Positions 1 through 11,403 are shown, numbered from the stretch's first letter. The stretch: DNA of 64,000 nucleotides from an uncultured Verrucomicrobiae bacterium (GCA_963702845.1 OY969763.1:4096001-4160000); one strand, 5' to 3'. Translations and numbers: made by a program. The notes: generated by a model from the letters alone, not told the origin.

Positions 1-886
1 CTGTGTCGCCAGGCGCAAGGGTTCCATCAGCAGTAACGGTCCAACGGGTTATGCCGGTTCCGGGCGGCGTGGTATAATTCACATCCGCCATCCAGATTTG
101 CATTCCATTGGAGGAACCTGTTACGAACGGACCGGTCATGTTCGCGACGCCATTGGGATTGTTATCGTCGCGCAAAACGGACAGGTATGAAGGCGAAACT
201 TCCTGATCGAACGCAAGAATGATACCATTGCCGGTCCAATCGTTGACGTAAAGTTTGTCATCATCGCCAACTTCCATTTTCCACGGACTGAAAAAATCAC
301 CGGCCCATGGATATCCGCCCGTACTGAATGCGCCATCGTCCGCAAACGAGCCGTCAGCATTGGCTTTGATGATACCGACACTGTCACCGGGAAGAGAGCC
401 GGCACTATTACCCGTAGCGTTCGAAGCGAAGACGCGACCGTAGTAGAAGCTGTTAGTGTTTTTATTAACGGCGAGTCCGCGTGGTTCCCAAACGTAAGTG
501 CCCGGATCAGTATCGCTACGGATTTGAGTCCAGGTCGGATGAGAGTTGCCGGCGGCAATGACGCGAATCGAGTAGGTGCCCGGCGGTGCGTAGGAACTCG
601 GATACCCGGTTGCCGCGTCAAATGTAACGTAGTTGCTGCCGCGGGGCGGATTAGGATAACCCGCCGCCGCAACGAGGTTGGTGCCCGACATTAACAAAAT
701 GTCTACACCAGTGGCATCCTCGTTGAGGATGAAACTGACGCCAACGCTTTCTCCTTGTTTGATGGAGACGCCATTGGTGTCGCCATTGAGTTTGATGTTT
801 GTTGCGTAAACATTAGCCCGTGCCTGGCCGGCAGCGAGTAACGATGCGCAAAGCATCCCGCAGTATAAGTAGTGTATTGTTTTCAT
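1..886 (-). CDS. Secreted protein, partial (runs off the left edge); N-terminal Ig/FlgD-like segment followed by a probable beta-propeller
   Basis: Not in the ORF track. Manual translation from ATG 886 reads MKTIHYLYCGMLCASLLAAGQARA-NVYATNIKLNG...GTYSIRVIAAG...WEPRGLAVNKN...KLYVNDW and stays open to position 1. It has a Sec signal peptide with an A-R-A cleavage site. Confidence 0.75.
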   Translation of the reverse strand, partial: MKTIHYLYCGMLCASLLAAGQARANVYATNIKLNGDTNGVSIKQGESVGVSFILNEDATGVDILLMSGTNLVAAAGYPNPPRGSNYVTFDAATGYPSSYAPPGTYSIRVIAAGNSHPTWTQIRSDTDPGTYVWEPRGLAVNKNTNSFYYGRVFASNATGNSAGSLPGDSVGIIKANADGSFADDGAFSTGGYPWAGDFFSPWKMEVGDDDKLYVNDWTGNGIILAFDQEVSPSYLSVLRDDNNPNGVANMTGPFVTGSSNGMQIWMADVNYTTPPGTGITRWTVTADGTLAPGDT

Positions 887-1000
887 GGGTTTTCATACCG
901 GATCGGGAGAAACCGAGCATAAAACAGCGAATGCCATACGCAAGCTATTGTTGACAAACAACCATATACAAGCGGCCAAGGATGTCCGCACTCCTTTCCG

Positions 1001-1942
1001 CTACACCGAAATTTCCTGCGGCCCTTTGCCGCCGTTAAGAAGAAATAACACCGCCATGCGCACGGCTAGCCCATTCGTGACCTGTTCAAGAATCACCGAG
1101 CGAGCGGAATCGGCGATTTCACTGTCGATCTCAACTCCGCGATTAATCGGCCCTGGATGCATGATCAGGGCGTCCGGCTTGGCTCTCGCGAGGCGCGCTT
1201 TCGTCAAACCAAAGAGACTGGTGTATTCGCCAATGCTCGGAAACATCGTCTTGCGCTGTCGTTCGTGTTGAATGCGCAACAGGTTAATGATGTCAGCGTC
1301 GCGAATCGCTTCCTCAACATCGTGGGTCACGCGACAGCCCATTTGCTCGAACACTTTCGGCACAAGCGTCGAGGGGCCACACAACGTCACGTTCGCGCCA
1401 AGTTTCGTCAGGGCCCAAATATTCGAACGCGCCACGCGGCTATATAATATGTCGCCGAGAATCGTAACGTTCAGTCCAGCGACTTTTCCCTTCTTCTCGC
1501 GAACCGTAAACGTGTCGAGCAACGCCTGGGTGGGATGCTCATGCGCGCCGTCGCCAGCGTTGATAACACTGGCGTGCAGGAAGCGGGAAAGAAAATGAGC
1601 CGCGCCACTGGCGCTGTGACGCATGACGATCATGTCCGCGTTCAGCGCTTCCAGATTTCGCGCCGTGTCTTTCAGCGTCTCGCCTTTTTTGAACGATGAA
1701 GCGTCCGCGCTGAAGTTAATAATGTCTGCACTCAACCGTTGTTCCGCTAATTCGAAACTGATGCGCGTGCGCGTGGATGGCTCAACAAAAAGATTCACCA
1801 CCGTTTTACCGCGCAAGGCCGGCACCTTTTTAATTGCGCGAGTGCCGACCGCCTTGAACGCACGAGCGGTATCGAGCACTGTCACGATTTCATCGGCGGA
1901 CAGCGACTCGATATCCAGCAGGTGTTTGTGGCGCCAACTCAT
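1001..1942 (-). CDS. pyrB: Aspartate carbamoyltransferase catalytic subunit
   Basis: [28 protein letters not shown] and [11 protein letters not shown] motifs. Confidence 0.97.
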   Translation of the reverse strand: MSWRHKHLLDIESLSADEIVTVLDTARAFKAVGTRAIKKVPALRGKTVVNLFVEPSTRTRISFELAEQRLSADIINFSADASSFKKGETLKDTARNLEALNADMIVMRHSASGAAHFLSRFLHASVINAGDGAHEHPTQALLDTFTVREKKGKVAGLNVTILGDILYSRVARSNIWALTKLGANVTLCGPSTLVPKVFEQMGCRVTHDVEEAIRDADIINLLRIQHERQRKTMFPSIGEYTSLFGLTKARLARAKPDALIMHPGPINRGVEIDSEIADSARSVILEQVTNGLAVRMAVLFLLNGGKGPQEISV

Positions 1943-2472
1943 GGTTTATCAATAACGACTTCGTCGGTCTGGTCTTCTTCGCGAAAACGAACGATGACTT
2001 TTTCGGTCAGCGAAGTCGGCACGTTCTTTCCAACAAAATCTGCTTTGATCGGCAATTCGCGGTGGCCGCGATCAACCAGCACCGCCAGTTGAATTTTTTT
2101 CGGCCGCCCAAAATCATTCAACGCATCGAGCGCTGCGCGCGTGGTGCGTCCGCTGAACAAAACGTCGTCGACCAAAATCACGGTTTTATCGGCGACATCA
2201 AACGGGATGACAGTGGGATGCATTGGCGGGGCAGCATGAGCAGCGAGATCGTCGCGGTGCATGCCCACGTCGAGCATTCCAGTCGGCACCGGATTTTTCC
2301 AGATGTCGCTCACGATTTTGGCCAGGCGCTGCGCGACATTGACGCCGCCGCGTTGGATGCCGATCAGCACCACGTCGGCGCCGGACTCATTGGCCTCCAC
2401 AATTTCGTGCGCCATACGGGTGAGAGCGCGCTGCATCGCGCCGGCGTTCATGATTACGGTCGATTGCGGCAT
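1939..2472 (-). CDS. pyrR: Bifunctional pyrimidine operon attenuation protein / uracil phosphoribosyltransferase
   Basis: [20 protein letters not shown] and [17 protein letters not shown] motifs; overlaps the pyrB start by 4 nt. Confidence 0.96.
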   Translation of the reverse strand: MPQSTVIMNAGAMQRALTRMAHEIVEANESGADVVLIGIQRGGVNVAQRLAKIVSDIWKNPVPTGMLDVGMHRDDLAAHAAPPMHPTVIPFDVADKTVILVDDVLFSGRTTRAALDALNDFGRPKKIQLAVLVDRGHRELPIKADFVGKNVPTSLTEKVIVRFREEDQTDEVVIDKP

Positions 2473-2511
2473 AAAAAAAATCGAACACCGGCTTAAAGCG
2501 TCGGCGTTCGA
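2473..2511 (-). terminator. Intrinsic attenuator terminator in the pyrR leader
   Basis: Minus strand reads UCGAACGCCG-loop-CGGUGUUCGA followed by U8, ending directly at the pyrR AUG. Confidence 0.85.
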
Positions 2512-2539
2512 CTAGCAAATTTAAAATGTCGTTTCATTT

Positions 2540-2572
2540 CCTTCGCGACCTCGCAGGATCGCTTTAAAGGAC
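2540..2572 (-). promoter_or_regulatory. PyrR binding site (anti-antiterminator stem-loop)
   Basis: Minus strand GUCCUUUAAAGCGAUCCUGCGAGGUCGCGAAGG resembles the PyrR binding-loop consensus CUUUAA...UCCnGnGAGGyy...AAGG and lies upstream of a terminator and pyrR. Confidence 0.85.
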
Positions 2573-2581
2573 GTTGTTTCT

Positions 2582-2797
2582 TTAATTTCTCTCGTTTGGC
2601 TGACGCGTGCGTCGCCATTTGGCGCGATGATTCACAATCCAATCAGTCAATGCACGTTCAAAGCCGATGTCGTGACCGGCTTTTTCAGACTCAATCCATT
2701 TATGCTTAAGGATTTCCTCCCGCTCGGCCGTGAATTCGCGGTACAAAGATGATCGCTTAACAAGGTCGGTCCCGTTTCCACCTTCAAAGTTGGACAT
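2582..2797 (-). CDS. Small DUF4032-like protein
   Basis: SSLYREFTAEREEILKHKWIESEKAGHDIGFERALTDW motif; start could instead be 2824. Confidence 0.75.
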   Translation of the reverse strand: MSNFEGGNGTDLVKRSSLYREFTAEREEILKHKWIESEKAGHDIGFERALTDWIVNHRAKWRRTRQPNERN

Positions 2798-2907
2798 ATG
2801 GTTCCGCTTCTTTAGTAAATTCATCTGGAGATTAACAAATCCTTAATTCGAACTCAATGAAAATGGGGATTTGCCCGATATCATCCTCGGAGCGGGCCGG
2901 ATATGTC

Positions 2908-3954
<1,047 letters not shown>

Positions 3955-4011
3955 ATCAAAAAAGCAAACTAATCGTGCGACGCGGACGGGACAAGGACTT
4001 TGAATAGTTTT

Positions 4012-4102
4012 TGGCCAGCGATGAACACAGATGAAACCTCGATTTGCAATTGCATCATCGTTCTATCCCGTCCGTATTTGATCTGTGTTTCATCCGTGGC
4101 CA
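4012..4102. repeat. REP-like imperfect inverted repeat (CACAGAT/ATCTGTG type)
   Basis: TGGCCAGCGATGAACACAGATGAAA ... TTTGATCTGTGTTTCATCCGTGGCCA. Confidence 0.65.
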
Positions 4103-4164
4103 GGAAAACCGCAGTCATTTTAACTTGAAGCCAAACGAACCGTTTCGCATCGTAAACAGTCGCT

Positions 4165-5565
4165 ATGAAAATTCTCCGTCTGCTGTGCCTTCCCTTTTTA
4201 TTCGCTTTCATCACCTGCGCCAACACTCCGAAAAACGATGCCCCTCTTGAAATCGGCATGGCGGAAATCGACATCACCCCGCCCGTCGGTTACCGCATGG
4301 CCGGCTATTTCGACGAACGTTTCAGCACTGGCATCCACGATCCACTGAAGGCCAAAGCCATCATCTTCAAGCAAGGCAACGAAAAGATAGCGCTCGTTTT
4401 CTGCGACCTCGTCCAAGTTACCTTTCCGATTTCCGCCGCCGCCCGCGACCGCGCCGCCCAACTCTGCGATATCCCTAAACAAAACATTTCCATCCTCGCC
4501 ACCCACAGCCACACCGGCCCGCTCTTCGACGACGTCCGCGGCACATTTTTCAACGCCGACGCCATCGCCAAACACGGCAAAGACGACCATCAAACCATCG
4601 AATACTGCCCGTTCTGCGCCGACCAAATCGTCAAAGCACTCCAACAAGCCAACGCCAACCTCGCTCCATCGCATTTGCGCGTCGGCATCGCCCAACAAAA
4701 AGGCCTTCCGTTCAACCGCCGCTCCATCATGAAAAACGGCAAGGTAGGCTGGAATGTCGGATTCAATAACCCGAACTTCGTCCGCCCCGCCGGCCCCGTC
4801 GATCACGACGTCGGCATTCTCGAAGTCTTGCATGGCGACAAAGCCATTGGCGGCATCACCGTCTTCGCAATGCATGCTGACACCACCGGCGGCACAGAAT
4901 TCAGCGCCGACTATCCCTACACCATCGAGCAAACCCTGCGCAAAGCCGTTGGTCCCGATTACATTTCCGCATTCGGCGCCGGCACCTGCGGCAATCTCAA
5001 CCAGATCAACGTCCACACCAACGAAGACTTCAAATCCCTCGCCGCCGCTGAGCGCTACGGAAAAATGATCGGCCAAACCGTCGTCGATGATTTGCCGAAA
5101 CTCGAAACCGTATCCAAACCTTCCATCGCAGCCCGAAGCCAAACCATCGTTGCCGATCTGCAAAAACCCACTATCGACCAAATCGCCAAAGGCCGCGAAC
5201 TCCTGCCCGACCTCGGCACCGAAAAAGTCGACTTCTACAGCAAAGTGCGTTTAGTCAAAGCCGTCGACCTCGAACGTCGCGGCAATCAACTCCCGATGGA
5301 AGTGCAAGCATTCCGCTTAAGCGACGACACCGCCCTCGTCACCCTCCCCGCGGAAATCTTCGTCGAGTTCGGCCTCGACATCAAAAAACACTCCCCCTTC
5401 AAAAACACCATGGTGATGTCACTAGCCAACGACCGCCCCTGCTACATCCCGACCGTGGAAGGCTTCAAACAAGGCAGCTACGAAGCCGAAAACTCCCGAG
5501 TCGTTGCCGGCACCGGCGAACGCCTCGCCGCAACCGCGATTCAACTCCTCAAAGATTTGAAATGA
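4165..5565 (+). CDS. Neutral/alkaline ceramidase-like secreted hydrolase
   Basis: Signal peptide; DITPP.G..MAGY, HDPL.A.A, ATHSHTGP, SADYP and LPAEIFVEFGL motifs. Confidence 0.8.
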   Translation: MKILRLLCLPFLFAFITCANTPKNDAPLEIGMAEIDITPPVGYRMAGYFDERFSTGIHDPLKAKAIIFKQGNEKIALVFCDLVQVTFPISAAARDRAAQLCDIPKQNISILATHSHTGPLFDDVRGTFFNADAIAKHGKDDHQTIEYCPFCADQIVKALQQANANLAPSHLRVGIAQQKGLPFNRRSIMKNGKVGWNVGFNNPNFVRPAGPVDHDVGILEVLHGDKAIGGITVFAMHADTTGGTEFSADYPYTIEQTLRKAVGPDYISAFGAGTCGNLNQINVHTNEDFKSLAAAERYGKMIGQTVVDDLPKLETVSKPSIAARSQTIVADLQKPTIDQIAKGRELLPDLGTEKVDFYSKVRLVKAVDLERRGNQLPMEVQAFRLSDDTALVTLPAEIFVEFGLDIKKHSPFKNTMVMSLANDRPCYIPTVEGFKQGSYEAENSRVVAGTGERLAATAIQLLKDLK

Positions 5566-5566
5566 T

Positions 5567-7825
5567 TTACGAGCGGACTGGAGGGACAGGTTTGACCTCG
5601 ATGATTTCCTGACCAAGCACCGGCAGAGCGAGTTTTAGAGCGCCGTTCTGGAGCTGCTTTCCGGTAAAGACGCCCAATGCTTTGTCAGCAAAGCGCGCGT
5701 TTAATTGATACTTAGCGCGAGGCTCGACCCAGGGAATGTTAATTTTGCGCTCGTTCGCACCGCCGATGCCACGCAGCACGACGACGGCGCAGCCTTTAGG
5801 ACCGAGCTTTCCCCACCAATGCCAATCCTGATCCGTAGGCGCAGGCACGCCGCTGAATTGGAAATGACGGTAGATGTCATAATCGGCCTGCAGATGCTTG
5901 AGAAGATCGAAGCGCTTGCGGTATTGCGAGACGTTCTCTTCGGACAGACTCGCGAGATCGCCCGAAAAAACGGAAGGCGCTCCGAGAAGCCAACTCACGA
6001 TTTGTCGATCCTGTAGTTCCGGAGTAAGGCTGCCGTTGTAGCTTGCGGTATTCGCTCCATAAAATTCCAATGCGTAGAGGGGCAATCCACGATTTTCAAA
6101 AAAACGTTGTCGCGCGAAGAAACAGTTGTCGACAGTTTCTTTGCGAATAGTTTCGATGCTCTTCTGCTGACCCGGTTTTGGAGGAAGGCCAACAACGTGA
6201 TTGGGTGAAATGTGGTAGCGAACAGCGTGTTCGAGGACTGCGAGGTCACCGCTGACTCCCGGTGTGTTCCAATAAAGTTCGTGCGTGATTTCCGGGATGA
6301 GATCGGGTGCGCGTCGACGCATCTCGTCCTGGGCGTCAAGCAGCCCGCGAAGCGCGCGGAGGACGGAATCTTTGAGTGTGCGGCCTTCGTGACCTTCGCC
6401 GACATCGCCATAGATCGGGTTGCTAAAATCCTGCTTGTAGTAATCGATGCCCCAGCGTTTGTGAAGGTCGAGCAGGTCGTCGATATAATACTGCCGCCAC
6501 GGACTGGCAAAAGCCATGGCGTGCCCCGTATTGCGTTTGACGAGCGGGACGGAACGAGCGTCAGGAAATGCTTTGAGATCTTTCGATTCAGCATCGCGAA
6601 TGGAGGAGAGCCACAGACCGAGTTTGAGGCCGCGAGAGCGGACATAGCGCCAGGTATCTTCAATATCCGGAAACTTTTGGACGTCCGGTTCAGTGCCGAG
6701 TCGGCCGCGTTGCCAGCCATCGTCAATTTGAAACAACGCGAAGCCCGCGCGCCCGGCAACGTCAGCTTGTTGCCGAATAAGCTTGTCGTTGATATTCGGG
6801 CCGAACTGAGCCCACGAAATCCAAACCGGAAAATCGAGAGGCGCGGTGTCGGCGGCGATGCCGATACGTTGGCGCAAGAAATCCATGTAGGATCCCTCGA
6901 GCGTGCGGTCAAGCGGACGCGACACCGCCGAAGGGGTCGACTTGACGGGACCGCTGAAGGCGTAGAGAAAAACAGGTTCAGTCGTGAACGTTTCGCCTGG
7001 GCCGAGCACCCATTCGAACCAGTCGCGAGTGTAGCTCATCGCGCCAGTCTCGGAGATGGTGTGCAGCCCGGAGGGGATTTCATTGCCGAGGATGAAACCG
7101 CGAGTTTGGTCTTTGCTAGTGAAAGCAACGACGCTGGACTGCGCACCGTAGTCGGCGGGCGTCAAAGGCGTGCGAACCGGAAGCCGCGTTGAAAGGTCCA
7201 GCGGTTCGATAATGAGATTATTTAGCTTCAGCCAGTGCGAGCCCCCGTTGCGGATGGAAATCCATTTCCGAATGACGGCATGGTCGTCGTAGAGAACGTA
7301 ATGCAAGTCGATGGCCAAGCCGGCGAGCGGGCTATCCGATTTGGATGCGATCTGAATGACAAGATGCTTGAGCCCGTTCGGTTCAGTCATGACCTTCGAT
7401 GTGGCTGAGCTGAAGGACGCGGTGTCGAGATGCGCACCGTCGATGTTGACTGAGTCGACCCAATCGACGCTTTGACCGATGCGCTTGTCATCAAGACGAT
7501 CCGGCGTCGCGAGCTTGTTGAAAGTGGTGTGACTTTGGAATTCTCCACCCACGCCCGCCTTGAAGGAATCCGGACGGCGATCCGGTTTCGCATGGGAAAT
7601 CGTCAAAAGAAACTCGGAAAATGGTGCAGAAGTCGCAGCTTTGTGATCGATCGAAATTGTTCCCGTCACCACTTTCCCTCCAGAAATGTCGAGAGTTCTT
7701 TGGAGAATACCCGCGCGCAATGAAATCTTTTGTCCCGTGGTGGTAATCTCACCGCCGCGCGCACCGGCGACCAACAAAAGCATGCAGACTAGAGCGTTGA
7801 AATAAGTGCAAAATCGCGTTTTCAT
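5567..7825 (-). CDS. Alpha-galactosidase-like glycoside hydrolase (clan GH-D, GH36-like)
   Basis: FQIDDGWQ, KFP, LKLGLW and GIDYYKQDF (nucleophile K-x-D) motifs; signal peptide from ATG 7825. Confidence 0.8.
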   Translation of the reverse strand: MKTRFCTYFNALVCMLLLVAGARGGEITTTGQKISLRAGILQRTLDISGGKVVTGTISIDHKAATSAPFSEFLLTISHAKPDRRPDSFKAGVGGEFQSHTTFNKLATPDRLDDKRIGQSVDWVDSVNIDGAHLDTASFSSATSKVMTEPNGLKHLVIQIASKSDSPLAGLAIDLHYVLYDDHAVIRKWISIRNGGSHWLKLNNLIIEPLDLSTRLPVRTPLTPADYGAQSSVVAFTSKDQTRGFILGNEIPSGLHTISETGAMSYTRDWFEWVLGPGETFTTEPVFLYAFSGPVKSTPSAVSRPLDRTLEGSYMDFLRQRIGIAADTAPLDFPVWISWAQFGPNINDKLIRQQADVAGRAGFALFQIDDGWQRGRLGTEPDVQKFPDIEDTWRYVRSRGLKLGLWLSSIRDAESKDLKAFPDARSVPLVKRNTGHAMAFASPWRQYYIDDLLDLHKRWGIDYYKQDFSNPIYGDVGEGHEGRTLKDSVLRALRGLLDAQDEMRRRAPDLIPEITHELYWNTPGVSGDLAVLEHAVRYHISPNHVVGLPPKPGQQKSIETIRKETVDNCFFARQRFFENRGLPLYALEFYGANTASYNGSLTPELQDRQIVSWLLGAPSVFSGDLASLSEENVSQYRKRFDLLKHLQADYDIYRHFQFSGVPAPTDQDWHWWGKLGPKGCAVVVLRGIGGANERKINIPWVEPRAKYQLNARFADKALGVFTGKQLQNGALKLALPVLGQEIIEVKPVPPVRS

Positions 7826-8130
7826 TTTCTCAATCCACCGAAGGCCAGGACAAAGTTTGCTGTCACCAAGAACAGTGGTTAATTGGAACAGGAAGAAAAG
7901 TATCAAACGTCAAGATTTTGACGCCGCTCAAGGTCCGGTAAATATCTCAAATTTTGTAACAGCCGACGTGAGGAGGCTCTGACTCAATTTCACACCAACA
8001 ATGCTTCCGATGCATCGTCCCCGCAAAATCCAGAAAGGACATCGGCATGTCGAATGTGGCAACCAGCCGAAACGAATCTAAACTGAAAGTGCGAACTGGC
8101 GTAACGACACCTAAGTTACTTATGTTCTAC

Positions 8131-8160
8131 TTTAGCCTTTTGCCTTCAGCCTTCAGCCTT
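8131..8160. repeat. Degenerate heptamer tandem repeat, 4 copies, at the 3' end of the VOC gene
   Basis: TTTAGCC TTTTGCC TTCAGCC TTCAGCC. Confidence 0.65.
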
Positions 8161-8536
8161 TGTTTCCACGTCGTAGGTCGTGATCTCCAAAAAAAACCCG
8201 TCCGGATCAGAAAAATAAATCGAGTGCGAAATCTCATGATCCTGAAACTGAAATGCCACACCCTTTGCCTTTAGGTCGGTCCTGCGCCGCTTGAAAATCC
8301 GCATACGTCGCCGCTCGTAAAGCCAGATGCCAAGCCCGCCCATTCGTGGACGGCATCTCATTCGCTTTCTGCGGAAACAAAGTGAGAAACGTCGGCCCCA
8401 ATCGCAAAATAATCGGAACCCCACCACCGTGTCCGACAAACACATGCTCAAACCCAAGCGTCCTCACATACCATTCCTTCGACGCCTCCAGCGAAGCACA
8501 TCGCAAAGCCACATGATCAATCTGCTCTAAGCGCAT
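8146..8536 (-). pseudogene. VOC/glyoxalase family protein, frameshifted near 8280 (possibly a sequencing error)
   Basis: N-terminal IDHVALRC...WY...LGF and HLALR are in ORF 8234-8536; C-terminal DLKAKGV...SIYFSDPDGFFLEITT is in ORF 8146-8457; one extra base joins them. Confidence 0.8.
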
Positions 8537-8589
8537 ATCGAAATATTCTTGATTTCTCGTTGCGTCACTCGGACAAAACCCGCGCGATT

Positions 8590-8703
<114 letters not shown>

Positions 8704-8827
8704 CTTCGATTTCTTCTCACCGCCTCCCGCACGCCTGAGCCAAAGACGAATCTCGCGAACTTTTCGCATACGGTCGTACCATAACCAGAATACCAGGAAT
8801 ACAAACGACAAGAAAGAAGGCTGCCGC

Positions 8828-10641
8828 TCATCGTGGCCAATTCTGAATCACCTTTTTGGTTTGCTCCGGGTTATGCTTCATGCGTAGCCGCCAGATGAGT
8901 TCTTCTGGACCGACGGTGCGAATGCTGGAGGGAAGCCGCTCGGCACACCACATAGCCGGGGCGTAGATGCTCTGGCCGCCCTTAGCGGCGGCTTCTTCCG
9001 GGGGCATCGAGGATATATCCTCGGCGTTCTCGTCGTTGCCGGGGGCTCGATTGAACCATGACCACGCATGTACGATTACCCAGTCATACCGTGGCTGCTC
9101 GCCACGCGGAGTTTTTCCCACGGTCTGGCGAATCTCGCGAGCAACTTTGGCCGGGGTTCCCGCGCGTGGTCGATAGTTCATACCGTTCCAGATCGAGTAC
9201 CGGGCGCTGAGCACCGCTCGATGCCGTTTCGGTCTTTGACCCAGAACGTCTTGCCGGCACCGGCTTCATAGGCATCGTACTGGAAGACCAATATGGCCAG
9301 CAGGCCGTCGGTTTGGCGAGCGATGACCTCGTAAGCTTTCAGGGCATCAGCGGAATCGACCTTTGCCAGATTGAACCCAATGATGCGCGTATTGTTCTTC
9401 TTCATCAGGGCCCAGGTGCGCTGCGCATGCCGGGCGAGCACCTCCCATCGATTCGGGCGCTTGAGACCGAAGCGGTCCGGGTAGTAGTAGCCGCCGCCCG
9501 ACTCAAGGAACGAGTCATTGGGCGATTGCGTACCGACCGCGTAGTCGATGGCTTCCGGGCACAACTGCGCCAGATGGGCGAAACAGCAGGACCACCCAAA
9601 CGGGAACTTCCCGCGGTTGGAATTCGCCCAGTAATTCGTGCTAAAGCGGGCGCGGAAGAAATCCCCCTCGGACCAATCTACGTTGTCGCCGTCGGTATCG
9701 ACAAAGCTCACCGCGCTGCGCGTGTCGTTCCAGTCGATCGTTTGCAGGTCAAAACTTTTTGCCTTCGATTGACTGGCTTCTTCGGTGCCGGCCATCAGGA
9801 CCGGAAGGTTGACAGCCCAGTCGGTGGCGGTTTGGATGTGTCCCCAGACAGTAGACATCTCGGTGGTCTTGAACTCGTCGCCACCGTTCCAGCCAAGGAT
9901 TGGCGAGAGCGGCTCAAGCCATTCCATCACAGTGGGCACCGGTTCGGCGTAGCCGAACACAACCAGAGTCCTCTGCGCAATGGCCAGATCGCGGACATTG
10001 GATTTTCGAGGATCCTGCGTGCAAACCATCCGGTGGTTGAAGCGCTCCTTGTAGGTTTCGAAACACCAACTCTGGGTCTTGTCTCGCACATCCAGCAGCA
10101 GTTTAAGGCCGTGCGCCTTGGCCTCTGGCTCCAGACTTTCGTCCACTATGACGCCGTCGAGCAGACCCGCTAGGCTGGTTGCCACGTTGACCGAGCAGTC
10201 CATCCCCGGACGATGCTGGCTGGTTTCACCCTTGGAAGAGTCAGACCGATAAAGGATGTAACCCTTGATGAGCCCCTGTTTGGCGTAGCGGTCAACCAGC
10301 TCCCAGGGACCGAATATTCCCCGCGTCTCCAGTTTCGGATGTCTCTGCAATAGCCGGGCAAACCAATCTTCCACGTCCACGTTGTCGTCGATACCGACCC
10401 ACACCATCTCATCGGCCCGTTTCTCATTCACCCCCTTCGCGGCCAGTCCCGCCACGGACTGGACCAGCATTTCGTACGGGACGCGCGGCGAAGGAAACGC
10501 GCTCTGGTTTCTCGTGCGCACCACCGCCTTGGGCATCGCCTGAACAGGCCACCAACGGTTTTCGTCCGCTGCGACCGACAAGGGGAGGCCCAGTAAAACC
10601 GCGGCAAGGCAGATAAGTTGAACGACTTTGTTGGCGGTCAC
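8828..10641 (-). pseudogene. GxGYxYP-family putative glycoside hydrolase, frameshifted near 9216
   Basis: ESGGGYYYPDRF motif, DGDNVDW and a signal peptide from GTG 10641 (alternative start ATG 10731); the C-terminus continues in ORF 8828-9214 (VLSARYSIW...VIVHAWSW). Confidence 0.75.
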
Positions 10642-10922
10642 AATATTCCCTTCACGAATATAATTATGCACTCCCACAATCCACCTATGTTCATAAGCAA
10701 TCATAACAGCGGAACTATTTCCCTGTTTCATTAGGGCTGCTGCGTTGTGCCACTGTCAACCGTATTTGAGTCATCTTCGCGTCCTTTGCTCCCTTCGCGA
10801 GAGAACCTCTTCTTTCTTAATAAAAACCCGCATCCACTAAGAAGCCTTCCGCGCGCTACTCGCTTAAAATGGTTCGATGAGTATAAAACACACTCGCTCA
10901 ACGAGGAACGCTCAATCAAATT

Positions 10923-11014
10923 TGTTACGCCTCGGCAGAGGGTCTGTAACGCCTTTTGTTACGGGTAAAAGTGAAAAAATCACCAATGTTTACAAGGGTT
11001 GTAACGATGTAACG
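10923..11014. repeat. Cluster of five TGTWACG motifs
   Basis: Motifs start at 10923, 10945, 10957, 11000 and 11008. Confidence 0.7.
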
Positions 11015-11189
11015 GGTCACCCCCCTGGAAGGGTGGCTGCCCTGCCCGCTTTCACTCGCACTTTCACCTTTCCGCGAGCAAACGGGACCAAAATAAAAAC
11101 ATTTAGAAGTTCAATGCGGGGCTATCCGCACTTATCCGCGGTCATCCGCGCCAAAATAAAAAATTCCCAACCACGACCCACTATGACGA

Positions 11190-11403
11190 CTACTGCGACT
11201 GAGGTGCGACTGACGTCAGATTTGTCGCACCGGGTCACACCCAGTCACAGTCAGTCGCACCCAGTCGCAGTAGTTTTTTTCCCTTTTTTCCAACTACGAA
11301 CTACCGCCAACGCTACTGCTAATTGGGTGCTAAGAATTTCAGATTTTTGGCACCACTTAGCACCACTCAGCAGTAGTTGGCACCAGTTAGCACTAGTTTT
11401 TTT
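11190..11403 (+). repeat. Two diverged ~90-bp modules, each an inverted arm plus five 10-bp units plus a T7 run
   Basis: Module A 11190-11280 has a GTCRCAS core; module B 11313-11403 has a TYRGCAS core; both begin CTACTGC, contain TCAGATTT and end TAGTTTTTTT. Confidence 0.85.

Noticed and set aside
4198..5181. Long antisense ORFs (also 6212-7192, 9313-10173 and 58277-59188)
   Set aside because: Antisense shadows of GC3-biased genuine genes, with no recognisable motifs.
11190..11403. Possible CRISPR array
   Set aside because: Units are 10-bp degenerate tandem repeats with no unique spacers, and no cas genes are present.
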